DNA from: Amoebidium appalachense
Taxonomy: Eukaryota; Protista; Ichthyosporea
Assembly: GCA_963693365.1 (NCBI GenBank)
Contig: CAVNZM010000018.1
Location: forward strand, 2,332,728 to 2,396,727
Direction: 5' to 3'
Length of the DNA stretch: 64,000 nucleotides
Numbering within the stretch: position 1 is the first letter of the stretch; every line of letters starts with the position of its first letter. Shown here piece after piece: positions 1 through 12,938 of the stretch. Under the pieces are notes generated by a model. That model saw only the letters and a program-made list of their open reading frames with translations. It ran no database searches and was not told where the DNA came from. The translations under genes were made by a program, and so were the position numbers.

Positions 1-329
1 TAATATTAAAGAGCTTTAATGAGCTTTTTATTATTTTGGTTTTTTTTTTTTCTCCAAATCAAAAGTGCCAAGCACATGCTGTTGAAGTGTCTGCACGGCT
101 CACAGAGTCTTCTGAGGAATGCACTTGCGGTCTTATGGTATGCTGCCTCAGCCTCACATATTCATTCTCCACCAATAAGAGCGAGCTCCAAATTCCAGGT
201 ATGCTACCGCCCCACATATAAACAGAGGCACGGCTCAGTTTTATCCACACTCAAAGGCTCTCATATCTTGACTTTTTGTACGGCGACGACCTGAAACACG
301 GTCCGCGTCCACACGCACCCTATTCCAGC

Positions 330-2069
330 ATGGCTGTGCTAGTATGTGTTTTGAACCTCTTGTTTTTCGCTGTTGCGTTAGCTGCACCTATTTCACACAG
401 TGATAACTCAGAAGCTTCATCACAAAATTCTGTTGGTTATGAACCAGAGCAACCCACACTCCGCACACTACACAGAAAAGTGAGGGCTCTACACGAAAAC
501 GCAACGTTGGTTCCCAACGAATACATCATTCACGTGAAAAACGGCTCGTTGGGCGAGTTTGTTTCTTTTCTTTCGAACACGACAACTGCAAATAGTAGCA
601 GCACAAACAGCACACATACAAATACTACCCTCTCTGTTATCGGTGTGTTCAACTCTACACTTTCTGTACACGTGCAAATACGAGAAGACGATGCTGATAC
701 GTTTTTGCTAATAGCATCTCAACCAAGTGTAGAATTCATTGAACCGGTACAAATTTTCACATCCACCGAATTTGATTCCTGGGGATTAGACAGAATAAAT
801 CAACGTATGCTCCCACTAGACAATACCCCGCTGCATTTCTCAGAGCCACGTGAATCAGGTGCCGGAGTCGACATTTGGGTGGTGGATTCCGGTGTTGAAC
901 TTTCCCACGAGGAATTTTCTGGACGTGTGCACGACACTTTCTCAGCATGGCAAAAATCAGCGAATGATGTGCTTGGGCACGGAACGCACGTGGCAGGAAT
1001 AGTGGCCGGGCAAAAACACGGTATTGCTCCCATGGCAACCGTTCGCGCCATACAAGTCATAAACGGAGATGGTGCGTGCACAACAGGAACCGTGATCGCA
1101 GGATTAGACGCGATTGCGCGATTCCGAAACCCCTCACGCCCAGGTGTGGTTGTGATGTCGCTTGGGGGTCTCCGTTCCCCTTCTGTTGACGAGGCTGTCG
1201 ACAAGATTATCAATTCAGGATTAGTGGTGGTAGCTGCAGCTGGAAACGACGCACTAGATGCGTGCGATTTTAGCCCGGCAGCGAACCCACGAGTTATTAC
1301 AGTCGGAGCAACGACAAAAACGGACGAAATGTCGTCATATTCCAATTATGGAAGGTGTGTCGACATTTTAGCGCCAGGTGACGACATTCTAGGCGCTGAT
1401 GTCAACAATACGGTGGGTTTAAAATCAGGCACCTCTATGGCTGCTCCTTTCGTTGCTGGCGCAGCCGTTCTATACCTTTCCAGAAACCCCACGGCGAAAC
1501 CAGAGGAGGTTAGCACCGCTCTGATTGGCTCAGCCACACAGCGCGCGATTACAATCCCTTCCGATTTCACAGACACACCCAACAAATTGCTCTATGTCGA
1601 CACAGTCGTGCTCTCGCGCTCACCTTCTCTGCCGGATACGTCCACCAATCAAAACCCGCATTTAACCAGTAACAGCCAATCAGAACCTCTGAATGCCCCT
1701 CAGGAATGTGCGCAGAATGGCACATGTCAGTTTTACGCAAGCACAATAAACGACACAAACACCGGTGCCCTGACTGTGAGCATAAGACCCAGTTATCACA
1801 AGCGCATTATTGCCTTTTTTGACGGACCCGCAGGAAGTTCCATGCTGTTTTCATTGGCTGAGCCTTATCGGCGCCCAGGGAAACCACGTGTTTATGTGCG
1901 GTATTTGGCTAAGGGGATTGTGAATGGGAATACGGGTAAAATCCAGAGATTTTCCCAGTGTTTGGGAGTGGGAACGTATAGATTTACTGCTTTAGCTAAT
2001 AGTCAATCGGTTGTGGGAAAACCATTTAGAATGTGGGTTTTAGAGTCTGAGAAGGCTGATGATTGTTAG
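330..2069 (+). CDS. Secreted subtilisin-like serine protease (S8A, proteinase K/aqualysin type) with I9-like propeptide and C-terminal PPC-like domain
   Basis: ATG at 330 starts a hydrophobic signal peptide (MAVLVCVLNLLFFAVALA). Propeptide motif VPNEYIIHVK; mature start SWGLDRINQR; catalytic D (VVDSGV), H (HGTHVAG), oxyanion N (AAGND), S (GTSMAAPFVAG). Single 579-aa ORF with no introns. Confidence 0.95.
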   Translation: MAVLVCVLNLLFFAVALAAPISHSDNSEASSQNSVGYEPEQPTLRTLHRKVRALHENATLVPNEYIIHVKNGSLGEFVSFLSNTTTANSSSTNSTHTNTTLSVIGVFNSTLSVHVQIREDDADTFLLIASQPSVEFIEPVQIFTSTEFDSWGLDRINQRMLPLDNTPLHFSEPRESGAGVDIWVVDSGVELSHEEFSGRVHDTFSAWQKSANDVLGHGTHVAGIVAGQKHGIAPMATVRAIQVINGDGACTTGTVIAGLDAIARFRNPSRPGVVVMSLGGLRSPSVDEAVDKIINSGLVVVAAAGNDALDACDFSPAANPRVITVGATTKTDEMSSYSNYGRCVDILAPGDDILGADVNNTVGLKSGTSMAAPFVAGAAVLYLSRNPTAKPEEVSTALIGSATQRAITIPSDFTDTPNKLLYVDTVVLSRSPSLPDTSTNQNPHLTSNSQSEPLNAPQECAQNGTCQFYASTINDTNTGALTVSIRPSYHKRIIAFFDGPAGSSMLFSLAEPYRRPGKPRVYVRYLAKGIVNGNTGKIQRFSQCLGVGTYRFTALANSQSVVGKPFRMWVLESEKADDC

Positions 2070-2624
2070 TAGAAGGTGTGTTATCGAGAAGATATGCCTA
2101 ATTGGTAATTAACCGTCGTAAATTATTTAGTACATGTTGAATGAGTTTTGAATAGGCAGGTGAAATATAAACCAATAAAGTAGGTAATCATGGGTATAGT
2201 GAATGGCAATAATATATAAACCGTTATGAGCTCATAGCTGATTGGGAAACTCTCGCAGAATAAACTGAATAAACCCGTGGTTCGTGTATTCTGATTTAAC
2301 CTATTATTAACGCAATGCATAGATGTTTGTGCATTTGTGTATGAGCAATCATTGAATGTCCGAGTTAAAATACTATGATATAAATGTGCTCTAGAGATTT
2401 ACTGTTTGATGATGATGAATTTATCAGTGAATATAAATGTTCTCTAAGATTTACTGTTTAACGACCTTACTGATGATGAATTCGAATAAACCATGTGACA
2501 AATTTCTAGTTACAGAATACAAGAGGACCCGTGATGCTGCGTATACAAGTACACTCGTTCCCTCTCTCCAGCTAGCCCTCGGGGCACACGCAAACACAGA
2601 CAGCGCACCTGAGGGCATAAGAAG

Positions 2625-2703
<79 letters not shown>

Positions 2704-3449
2704 ACAAACCGTTCACCCCGTATTACACGCAATGCGGACGAAAGGAAAACATTTAAGACGCCCAACAGCTCAGTTTTCACTATACTTTTCTTTGAACACA
2801 CAGCAGCAGGCTTAGAAGCAACCCCCCCCCCCCCCCCCCCTTGCCCTCCCCCCGCCGGGTCCTCCTCCTCCCCCCTCGCCCCAACCTTTCCTCGTCACCA
2901 TCTTCATGGGGAATGGGAAAGGACACCGGGAAAAAAGGACAAACAAGACTAAAGGAAGAAATAAACGGGAAGAAAACAGATTGCATGCCTTGTGATTCAG
3001 AATTCGAGATGGGGGCAACAGTCCCAAGATCTAGACCTATCGATCGACCTATGACAGGTTACATAGAAAGTGTTCTGTATATTTTTTTTGTTTGATTTTG
3101 CATTCCTCGGTTTTCGGCACTCTAATTATAAGCTCCATAATTCCTGTTTTTTTTTTAAAAAATTTTATAACATCCCGCCCAAATTTCTATATTTGGTTAA
3201 TCGATGCGATCGCGCGCGAAGTATTGGTCCATACAAATTTTTTTTTTTTTGAGATTGCGATATTCCTACTTCTTTTTTTATTTTAATAAAAAGACCTCTC
3301 TTCACATGCAACTAGTAACTACCACTGGCATAGTAGAGCTCAGCCTATATTGTGAGGCCAGCAGGTATACTTCTAGGATATGATAAGTTTTTTTCTTTTT
3401 TTTTTTTGTTTTTTTTGCCTCTTTCCGGGTAGGGGGGAGGGTGGAGAGG

Positions 3450-3511
<62 letters not shown>

Positions 3512-3599
3512 CGGAGAACTGAACCAGGGAAGAAAGGATGGGGCACAGGGAGCGGGAAGGGGGAAGGGGGAGCTGGGGAGGAGCGGAAGAGTGGGAGAG

Positions 3600-3647
<48 letters not shown>

Positions 3648-3815
3648 GGGAACGGGGGGGACGGAAGAACTCAACTTGGGGAACAATGGATGGGGCCAGG
3701 GGCCGGGGGGGGTCGTCGGGCAGTGGGGGGCGGGAGGAGGGATGGGGAGGAGAAACTCGCAGAGAGAGTGGGAGGGAAAGACGGGGGAAGGGGGGGAGAG
3801 GCGAGGGGGGGAGGG

Positions 3816-3852
<37 letters not shown>

Positions 3853-4118
3853 GAGGCGAGGGAGGGAGGTGGGGGGGGGGGGGGGGGGGGGGGGGGTGGA
3901 GCACGAGCTCGCACGAGGAGAGAGAGAGGGAGAGAGACAGAACGAGAGAGAGAGAGAGAGGGTTGGGAGAGGGAGGGGGGGGGAGGGGGGGGGGGGGGAT
4001 GGGGAGAGAGGGGGGGAAAGGGGGTGGAGAGGGGTGGGGGGAGGGGGAGAAAGAGGGAGAGAGAGAGAGACAGATATCGTTTCCGTAACTATATGCCGCA
4101 AAGTTTTCAAATGTTTGG

Positions 4119-4172
<54 letters not shown>

Positions 4173-4332
4173 CCGCCTTCTCTCCAGAGGGTTACCCCGG
4201 CATTTTCACGACATTGAGACCGGGGTTCCGTCACCGACAGGAGAAAGTTTGTGCTTCTATGTGAGTATGAAGTTGAGAAGAACCAGCAAAAAAAAAAATC
4301 TGTGCGTCAGCAATCCCCCCCCCCTCCCTCCT

Positions 4333-4363
<31 letters not shown>

Positions 4364-4393
4364 CCACACACACACACGCACGAAAAGAACACA

Positions 4394-4447
<54 letters not shown>

Positions 4448-4645
4448 CCCCCGCTCCCCCCCCCCCCCCCCTCCCCCCGCCCCCCAAAAAGGAAAAAAAG
4501 AAACAACAGCAATATGAATACACTTATTCGTTGTTCCAATCGTCTTTTTGAGAATCCTTGCAACCCTAAAATTTACTGAGCCAAACCTTCCCCTGTCACC
4601 CCCCCCCCCCCCCCCCCCTTTCCCCACCTTCCCCCCCCCCCCTCC

Positions 4646-4676
<31 letters not shown>

Positions 4677-4833
4677 ACACTGCGTGAACAAGAACACATA
4701 CTCCTCCCCCTACCCCCCCCCCCCCCCCCCCCGCCCCCCCCCGAAGAAAAAAACAGAAAAAGAAAAAGAAAAAGGAAAAAGGAAAAAAATAGAGAGAGAA
4801 AGAAAGAAAGAAAGAAAGAGATTTTTTTTTTTT

Positions 4834-4864
<31 letters not shown>

Positions 4865-5805
4865 GGGGGGGAGAAGGAAGAAGAAAAAGGAATATTGGTG
4901 TGGTGGCTCAAAGGCAATAAACCTTCACCTGGATGGCACCCTAACTACTGTCGGTGCTGTGCAAAAGACGGTATTTCTCTCGAGGGCCTGCAAAGGTCCT
5001 CCAGCCGCGGGAACAAAACGTGATAAAATAAAAAATTCGCTTAGATAGATACCTGGCTATGGACATATGGGGTTAATTATGCTGCCTTTGGCTGAGCAGA
5101 CCTTGCAAGCAAGAGTTGCACGCCCAGTGTCTCATAACACCAATTGCGACGCAGTTTCTCAGATGGGAAATCAACTTGTCACAACCCCACAACTGTGTAC
5201 CATAATCATTCTTCTTCAAGGCCCTTTTATTAAATATGCCATACTTATTAAATATGCCATACCATAAATATACCATATCATCTTGTATACGTAACCAGCT
5301 GATAGCACAGCAAAAAAAAGAAGAATAGAAGGACATAAAAAGGGGGACAGCTGATGACTGTTGCATTTGTTACCGCATATGTACGTATGACCCTGCAGGG
5401 ACTGGCCAAAACTTCAGTATCCCCCCCCCCCCCCCCCCCCCCCCCTTCCCCCTCTTTCCTTTTTATTTTATCACGTTTTGTTCCAGGAGAGCCTTTTCAG
5501 GTCCTCTAGGGAAACTACCGTCTACCACACAGCACCGACAGTACACTAGTTAAGCTGCTATCTATGAGTTCAGCTAAGCTAAACCATCCTTCACAAACAT
5601 GGGTGGTGGTCTTGGTGGCGCCGGTAGCTGCTAGTCCTCCCCCCCCCCCCCCCCCCCCTCCCGCCCCCCTCCTCCTCCCCCCCCTCCCCCCCACGTGCAC
5701 CCCCCCCCCCACACACACACACATGTACACACACACCTACTCCCCTCCGCCCCCCTCTCCCTCCCCCCCCCCCTCCCCCCTCCCTCCCCCCCCACCCCCA
5801 AAAAA

Positions 5806-5884
<79 letters not shown>

Positions 5885-6197
5885 ATATATAATATATAAA
5901 TATATAAATAAAAAATATATAAATATATAAATAAATATATAAATAAAGACTTCTTGAGCCGGAGCGTCGGGCTCAGGCCCATGCCCAGGGGGCCCTTCGG
6001 AAGTTCAAATGTGCGGGAAATATTGGCGCCAAAATTTGCTTCCCACCAATCAGCTCGCTGCTTGCCCGATTTATTAGTGACGTCATCAATGTTGCCACGG
6101 AAACGCGTTTCAAGTTTTCCGCGCCTCTAAGTTCTAACATTGCATGAGAGCTTGTTGGTAACACAACTTCCTAATAATACGGCTTTCAGCTTTAAAC

Positions 6198-7574
6198 ATG
6201 CCACCTGCAGACCTCGACGATGACTGCCTCACACACGTTTTGTCCTTTCTCCCCCTAAAACACCGTCTTTCATGTTCCCTTGTGTCCAAGAGATGGCGCC
6301 ATTTCGCGCGCACGGTTCCTTCTAACTTTACAGAACAAATGCCTGAACGAAGAAGAAACATCTCTCTGTCTGCGTTAAAGCGTGGCATAAACGCCTGGGG
6401 CAATGCAATCGTTTCCGTTAGTTTCCCACGGAACTTTGCCCAGGAGAGCGAAGATGTAGATATGGAAAGGGAACTGAAAGAACGCAAGATTGTCCTCTCG
6501 CGCTGCAAAAACATTCAAACAGTAAAGATTAGCGGCTATGTGTGGCAGTTGGATGATTTTGCACAACACTGTCCAAACTTGAAAATCCTGCACCTATTAC
6601 AACCCCAAGACAGTGAGGTAGACCTACACCCACTCACATCATGTACAAATCTCGAAACATTCGTTATCATCCATGACCCATATGCACCCCGCCTGCGTGT
6701 CCATCAATACAAGGCGCTGGAATCACTTCCGAAACTGCGCGAATTGTGGCTGAAATGCCGCGTAGACTTCGTGGGCCTCGTGCACATCAGTAATCTGACG
6801 AACCTGGAAGTTCTGGACATTTCGCTTTCGGGCATCGATTCTACCCTCGAGCCCCTTTGGACCCTCACGAATTTGCGCGCACTGTCCTGCCCGCTGGTGC
6901 ATATACAAGAAGACATCTCGTGTTGGCCGAAACTTGAGCGCATAAGCGGCTGGACGCTCCTCTCGGTAGAAGGTTGCGTTGATGACATCTCGTTTCTTCA
7001 CACGGCGACAAACATCACCTCTCTCACCCTCCCGGTGACGGTTGATGAGGAGACCGATCCTACGCCCATATCCGCGTGCACGGAATTGACATCCATCACC
7101 ATCCAATATTTGTGGTGTCATAGCCTCGACTATCTTAGCACATGTACGAAACTGCAGAAAATTCGCATAATATGCGGAACGAGGGAAGTTGATATTACGC
7201 CCCTTGAAAACTGCAAGCAGCTAACATCGTGCCTGTTGGTGGGTGTAAGGCCGGTATTCATCCAACCGCTGCTCGAGTTGCCTTATTTGAAAGAGTTGTC
7301 ATTTGGTGTTGCGGATGAGTCTCTTGCAGAATCCCTTGAGGAATTGACGACATGTGTGTCTCTGACCTCAATTAAAATCACGGTCATGTGCGGACCAGTG
7401 TGGGGAGAGGATCTACCGATTAACATTGGATGGATGTGCGAGTTGCCGAAGCTGAAGAGCGTAGCGCTGGCGGGGGCTTTTGCTATCGACAAGTATAAAG
7501 AGGAGAGGGAGAAGGTGAGGGAGGTGGTAGTTGGGAGGGGCGGAAAGGTGATGTTTGAATTAGGAGAGGGATGA
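6198..7574 (+). CDS. F-box/leucine-rich repeat protein (paralog 1); probably extends to 7701 through a +1-frame acidic tail
   Basis: F-box LDDDCLTHVLSFLPLKHRLSCSLVSKRW followed by many LxxLxL / DLxPLxxCxxL repeats; intronless 458-aa ORF. Confidence 0.9.
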   Translation: MPPADLDDDCLTHVLSFLPLKHRLSCSLVSKRWRHFARTVPSNFTEQMPERRRNISLSALKRGINAWGNAIVSVSFPRNFAQESEDVDMERELKERKIVLSRCKNIQTVKISGYVWQLDDFAQHCPNLKILHLLQPQDSEVDLHPLTSCTNLETFVIIHDPYAPRLRVHQYKALESLPKLRELWLKCRVDFVGLVHISNLTNLEVLDISLSGIDSTLEPLWTLTNLRALSCPLVHIQEDISCWPKLERISGWTLLSVEGCVDDISFLHTATNITSLTLPVTVDEETDPTPISACTELTSITIQYLWCHSLDYLSTCTKLQKIRIICGTREVDITPLENCKQLTSCLLVGVRPVFIQPLLELPYLKELSFGVADESLAESLEELTTCVSLTSIKITVMCGPVWGEDLPINIGWMCELPKLKSVALAGAFAIDKYKEEREKVREVVVGRGGKVMFELGEG

Positions 7575-8117
7575 GGAGAATTCGAGTGATGGAGACGCAC
7601 CGGAATGGTGGGATGAGGAAGGTTCTTATGAGGATGAGTGTGCTTCTGGGGATACGGAGGAAGAGGAGGAGGGTGAAGATGGGGTGGAGATGGAAGAGTA
7701 GTTGTGACGATGAGAATTTGTTTAGCTCCTTTTAAATATTATAACTTTTTATTTTTAAAAACTTTTCTGGAATTTTTCCATCATTAGCTTGCTGTGTATC
7801 GGGAGCTACTATGGCTTTTCTATCAAGTTGAAGGCAATATAGTGTGCTATGTGTATAAAACATCAGCAACATCTATAGTGTGGATAGGTTACAAACCAGT
7901 CTGCGTTTTTGTTAGTCGAGTAAGATTGATGTACAGTTTTAATAGATTATTAATATTTTCATTCGCTATAGGTACGACTGTAACTTGTTGCGGGTATGGC
8001 GCAAAAATGTGTATACAGCAAACACGGACTCTATGCACACAAGAACACGCACGACACACATGTTCACATGCACATGCGTGTTCAAGTCCCCCCCCCCCCC
8101 CCCCCCCCCCCCGCCAT

Positions 8118-8169
<52 letters not shown>

Positions 8170-8250
8170 CAACACACCAACCTGCTCAGAGCATGGAAGT
8201 AGACGTGCTTCTCCTTGGTTGGGGGGGAGGGGGGTGGGAGAGGAGGAGAA

Positions 8251-8283
<33 letters not shown>

Positions 8284-8622
8284 GTTTAGGGGGGGGGAGG
8301 GGGGGGAGGGTATTATAGACATCGTTCACAGCTATGCGCTACGCTTTTGTACGATACTGCCTTTTTATACAAACACTGCATAGATTGTCAAGTTTCGAGG
8401 ACACGTTTTTTACTGTCATGTACTCAGACGATATGAAAACCGAGAGATTCCAGGTGTCTTTGGGGTGTGATTAGTAACCAGGTATATTACACGATGTTCG
8501 ATGCCATGGCAAAGAAATATTGTCAACTGTAAATCTTGAGTGTAAAGTACACAAAAATCTACCTAAACCAAGCAAATGGCCGATCTATGAGTCCCCATTC
8601 TCCCCCCCCCCCCTCCCCCCCC

Positions 8623-8671
<49 letters not shown>

Positions 8672-9344
8672 GCGCACGCGCGCGTAGATATATGCCATGT
8701 GAATGGGTCTGAGTGCACGTGCGTGTGCATGCGTGCGTGTGTGTGTGCGTGCATGTATGTGTGGGTGTGTGGGTGTGTGGGTGTGTGTGGGTGTGTGTAT
8801 GTGCTTGTGTGTGTACATGTGCATATGTGTGTGCCATGTATTAGTGTGAGTTTGTGATGCGTAATAGCGTGGATATCCAGCCAACCTTTTTTTCAATTGA
8901 AGCGAGGCTGCTGAATCAGGTTCTTGGAATGAGCTGGCAATACAATCCTAAATACGTTTAGTTGTTCTCCAAACATGCCCAAGTAGAATTACGTAAATGG
9001 CGGGTGGAGGGGGGCCCGAGTCGGTGGTTGGGGTGGGGAGGGGGGGGGGAAGGAAGTGTTGAACACGTACTCAAAATAAGGAAAATCAACTTGTACAACA
9101 CAAAACCGAGATAGACAAAATTTAAACCGGTACCACGCATTTCGAAACCTTCTTTAACGTAACACCGTAAAAAACCCCAGACGCCATTCTTACTATGCAT
9201 AACATACATACAGTTTAGTATATGTATTAGTAATATCAGTTGCTGTCGCTAAAGGTACGCATAGTATCCACATGAGTATACACTCCACATACGCCCCAGG
9301 ACCCGTGAACCACGTGAAAATGAGCAGAATGAACTTGCTGTGAG

Positions 9345-9800
9345 CAGTCTTACTCTGCAAAAACAGAAATATTCTGCGAAAACAGGGTCATTGTTGAACA
9401 GGATCATTCCGGAAAAAAAACGATTTTATTCCGCAGACTTATTCTGCAAAAAACAGACTTATTCTGCAAAAACAGAATTATTCCGCAGACTTATTCTGCA
9501 AATACAGACTTATTTTGCAAAAAAACGGAATTATTCTGCGAAATCAGGTTTATCCTGCAAAAACCGGCTATTCTGCAAAAACGGAATTATTCTGCACTCA
9601 TTTGACTGACAAACTTTTGATGATTATTCTGCAAATCTTAAACAGAATTATTCCTCAAAAAGCGCAGTCATCCCCAGGCCCTGCTATTTCCAGAATTATT
9701 CTGCAAAAACAATTGCTAAATTACTTTGGAGAAATGAGCATTAAATAATTATCATCGGCAGAAAGCAGACTCGTTTTATAAATTAGCAGAATTATTCTAT
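9345..9800. repeat. Degenerate minisatellite of ATTATTCTGCAAAAAC-like units
   Basis: Many imperfect copies of (a/c)ttattctgcaaaaacag at roughly 18-21 bp spacing. Confidence 0.75.
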
Positions 9801-10029
9801 CCTGGGTGATTTACTGACCGGTGCGCCTGGGGCCTAGGCCGGTAGGACAATGTGCAATTACATCCAGTTGCTTCCTAAGTGTCCCGAACAGAATTTCCCT
9901 CAGGCCATATTTTATTAATGAGGATCTCGAAGGTTGTAGTTTGGCTTGGTAAACGGTAATTACAGTTCCGGAAAAACAGTTAGAGCGGCCACACAAGCTT
10001 AAGGGATTTTTGAATTTGAAATGGTTAGT

Positions 10030-10067
<38 letters not shown>

Positions 10068-10076
10068 GCCCCCCCC

Positions 10077-10133
<57 letters not shown>

Positions 10134-10188
10134 GAATACTCCTTTTTAGTGGACCATGATCACGTCCATGCTGGGGAGGGGGGAGGAT

Positions 10189-10224
<36 letters not shown>

Positions 10225-10478
10225 GATACATTCACGGTACTGATGTCACAAAGGGTTGGATTTATGGGAATAGCTAGCTACAGGGGCGCCAACAGACAAA
10301 ATGCACCCCCTTCCCCCTCCCCGTTATCTAATTTCATTTGAGTGATCCCCCCAGCCTCGGAGGCCCCTAGAATCTTAATCATTTTCTCAAAAAATCTAGT
10401 AACAATTATCATAAGTACAGATGTTAACTATGATAATCCTGAATGATCCCTGTCGGGCCGTAGAGGGAGGGAGGTGTG

Positions 10479-10555
<77 letters not shown>

Positions 10556-10562
10556 GGGGGAG

Positions 10563-10594
<32 letters not shown>

Positions 10595-11631
10595 ATTCAC
10601 AGTACTTTTGTCACAAAGGGATGGGTTTATTTTTGTAGCTATAGAGGGGAACAGACAAAGCACAAAACGTCACACCCCCCCCCAGAAAAAAAAAAATAAA
10701 AAAAAAATGCAAGCACACACGCACACAAAAACAAACATGCAAGAAGAATTTCACGAAGGGAGGATCTCGGGAAGAGGAATGACATCTAGTGATTCTCAGG
10801 AAACAATAATATTTATTATTTCATCCTGCACATGCAGGCACATAATACATTCTAAAATACATCCCTCAGGTTGCTCCCTTTCGGTGGCATAAAACACCAC
10901 AACTACACCCCCCCCCCCCCCCCCCCCCTCCCCTCCCTCCCTCCCCCCTCAACAAACACACAATGCACCAACACACACACATACCACAACACGCACACGC
11001 ACAAATCACCACTGCTACCGACGACAACAAACAAGAAAAAAAAAAAAGGGAAAAAAAAAACAAAAACAAAAAAAAAAACCCGCTCACTCACACATGCCTA
11101 CCAATCCGATACTTTTTCTTAGACTACATAGAAGAAGAAACCAAACAGTTATACCTGGCCTCATTTCACATCGAATTGATAATCGTTCCCGTCTCGCGCG
11201 TATCAAAAAGTGCAAGGAAAAGAAAACCAGGAGTCAAAAAGCTACAGTACTAATATTAGCATTGTATTAGAAAATGGATAATCAACTATTCGCCCCACGG
11301 GACTGTTAACGAGAGTTCAGAGGGGCAAAAAAAAGCTAAACCAAACAAGTTATAAAGGGGGTTTCTTTTAGGCCGATAAATAGGCCCCTTTGGGTCAGGC
11401 CAAAATGATGCTTGACGCATATCTCGCCAATCACAACTTAGTAAATATCTTTCGGGTCGGATTCCTAAAAAAGCTTTCAACAGGCAACCAAACAGAAACT
11501 ATCAAACAAAAACAACTATATATATATATAATGAACTTTATTTTAAACAGGGCATCAAACAGGGCTAAGAAGGGATACATGCATACAAAGGAAAACTTCC
11601 AAGAAGTTTCGCTCTACCCCACCTTTCCCTC

Positions 11632-11963
11632 CTATCCACTTCTCCCCACACCAACCCCAACGCCACCCATCCCCCCACCCATTCCTCCGCCCCCCATCCC
11701 CCCCATTCCACCACCACCCCCCATCCCTCCAGGCCCCCCCATATGACCCCCCTGTTGTTGTTGAATTTGCGGTGAGTGTGCGGGGTCCAACTTGTATCTT
11801 TGCCTAAATTTCTGGAGCCACCCGTTCGACGCTTTGAATGATTCGATCCCCATTTCGGCTGCGACGCTGCGTGCTTTGTCTTGGATGGCGGTGGTGGAGA
11901 CGTGCATGTGAAGGTCACGACAGAGAACCACCCAGTCGCGCACTGACTTCTCCAGCTGTGTGT

Positions 11964-12014
<51 letters not shown>

Positions 12015-12039
12015 GGGGAAGGTGTGTGTACGTGTGTAC

Positions 12040-12070
<31 letters not shown>

Positions 12071-12164
12071 CATATAAGAATAACTGTGTTAGTATATTCT
12101 TTTATTCACCAAAAGCAAAAAGGGTGAGGGGAAGGGAGGGAGGAATGGGAGGGGTGGGAAGGCA

Positions 12165-12198
<34 letters not shown>

Positions 12199-12567
12199 GG
12201 GTGGCTGGGTTTGTTTAGAGGGCAGAAATGGAGAGGGGGGGGTATATGTGCATGTGTTTGTGTGTACACGTGCGCTTGTGAGCGTGTGGTTGTGGTGGTG
12301 GGTCAAAGAGCCCCCTCTTATAGGCAGAACTACGGGCCCCGTCGAACCAAGCAATCGGATACACGAAATGCTTGCACACTTCTTCCACCCACCAACCCCA
12401 CATCCCCTAACACCTCCCCATCCTCTCCCTCCCTCTCTCTCTCCCTCCTGTTGCCCCCCCGCCCCCCTCCCCCCCCCCCCCCCCCCCCAAACACCCACAC
12501 ACACACGCCCCCCCCCCAAACACCCACCCACCCACCCACCCACCCACCCACACACGCACACACGCAC

Positions 12568-12607
<40 letters not shown>

Positions 12608-12863
12608 GCGGGTACGTAGCACCCCTCACCGAGTGTCTGTTTAAATCCGTCCCCCTGTCCCTCGCTGCTTCCAGCGTATCTCGACAGCGAATCAACTTGC
12701 TTACTGTGCTGAGATGCAGACCGTATTCGTTTGCAATGTCTCCGTGCGACACGCCTTCGTCCAACTTGCCCAAAACTTCGAATTTTTCTTGGAGGGAGAG
12801 GACCTTTTTGGCTTTGCGCGGACGTTCAGTGCCGCCACCTAGAGGCGCTGTGTGTGTTTGTGG

Positions 12864-12938
<75 letters not shown>

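Noticed and set aside
276-329. ORF-track start at 276 for the subtilase
   Set aside because: Non-ATG start; ATG 330 directly begins the signal peptide.
3345-5048. Long Pro/Gly-rich ORFs on both strands (also many HT/CV/SL/ER ORFs across the window, such as 51409-52926)
   Set aside because: They are translations of poly-C/G, (CA)n and (CT)n tracts that lack stops; no domain signal.
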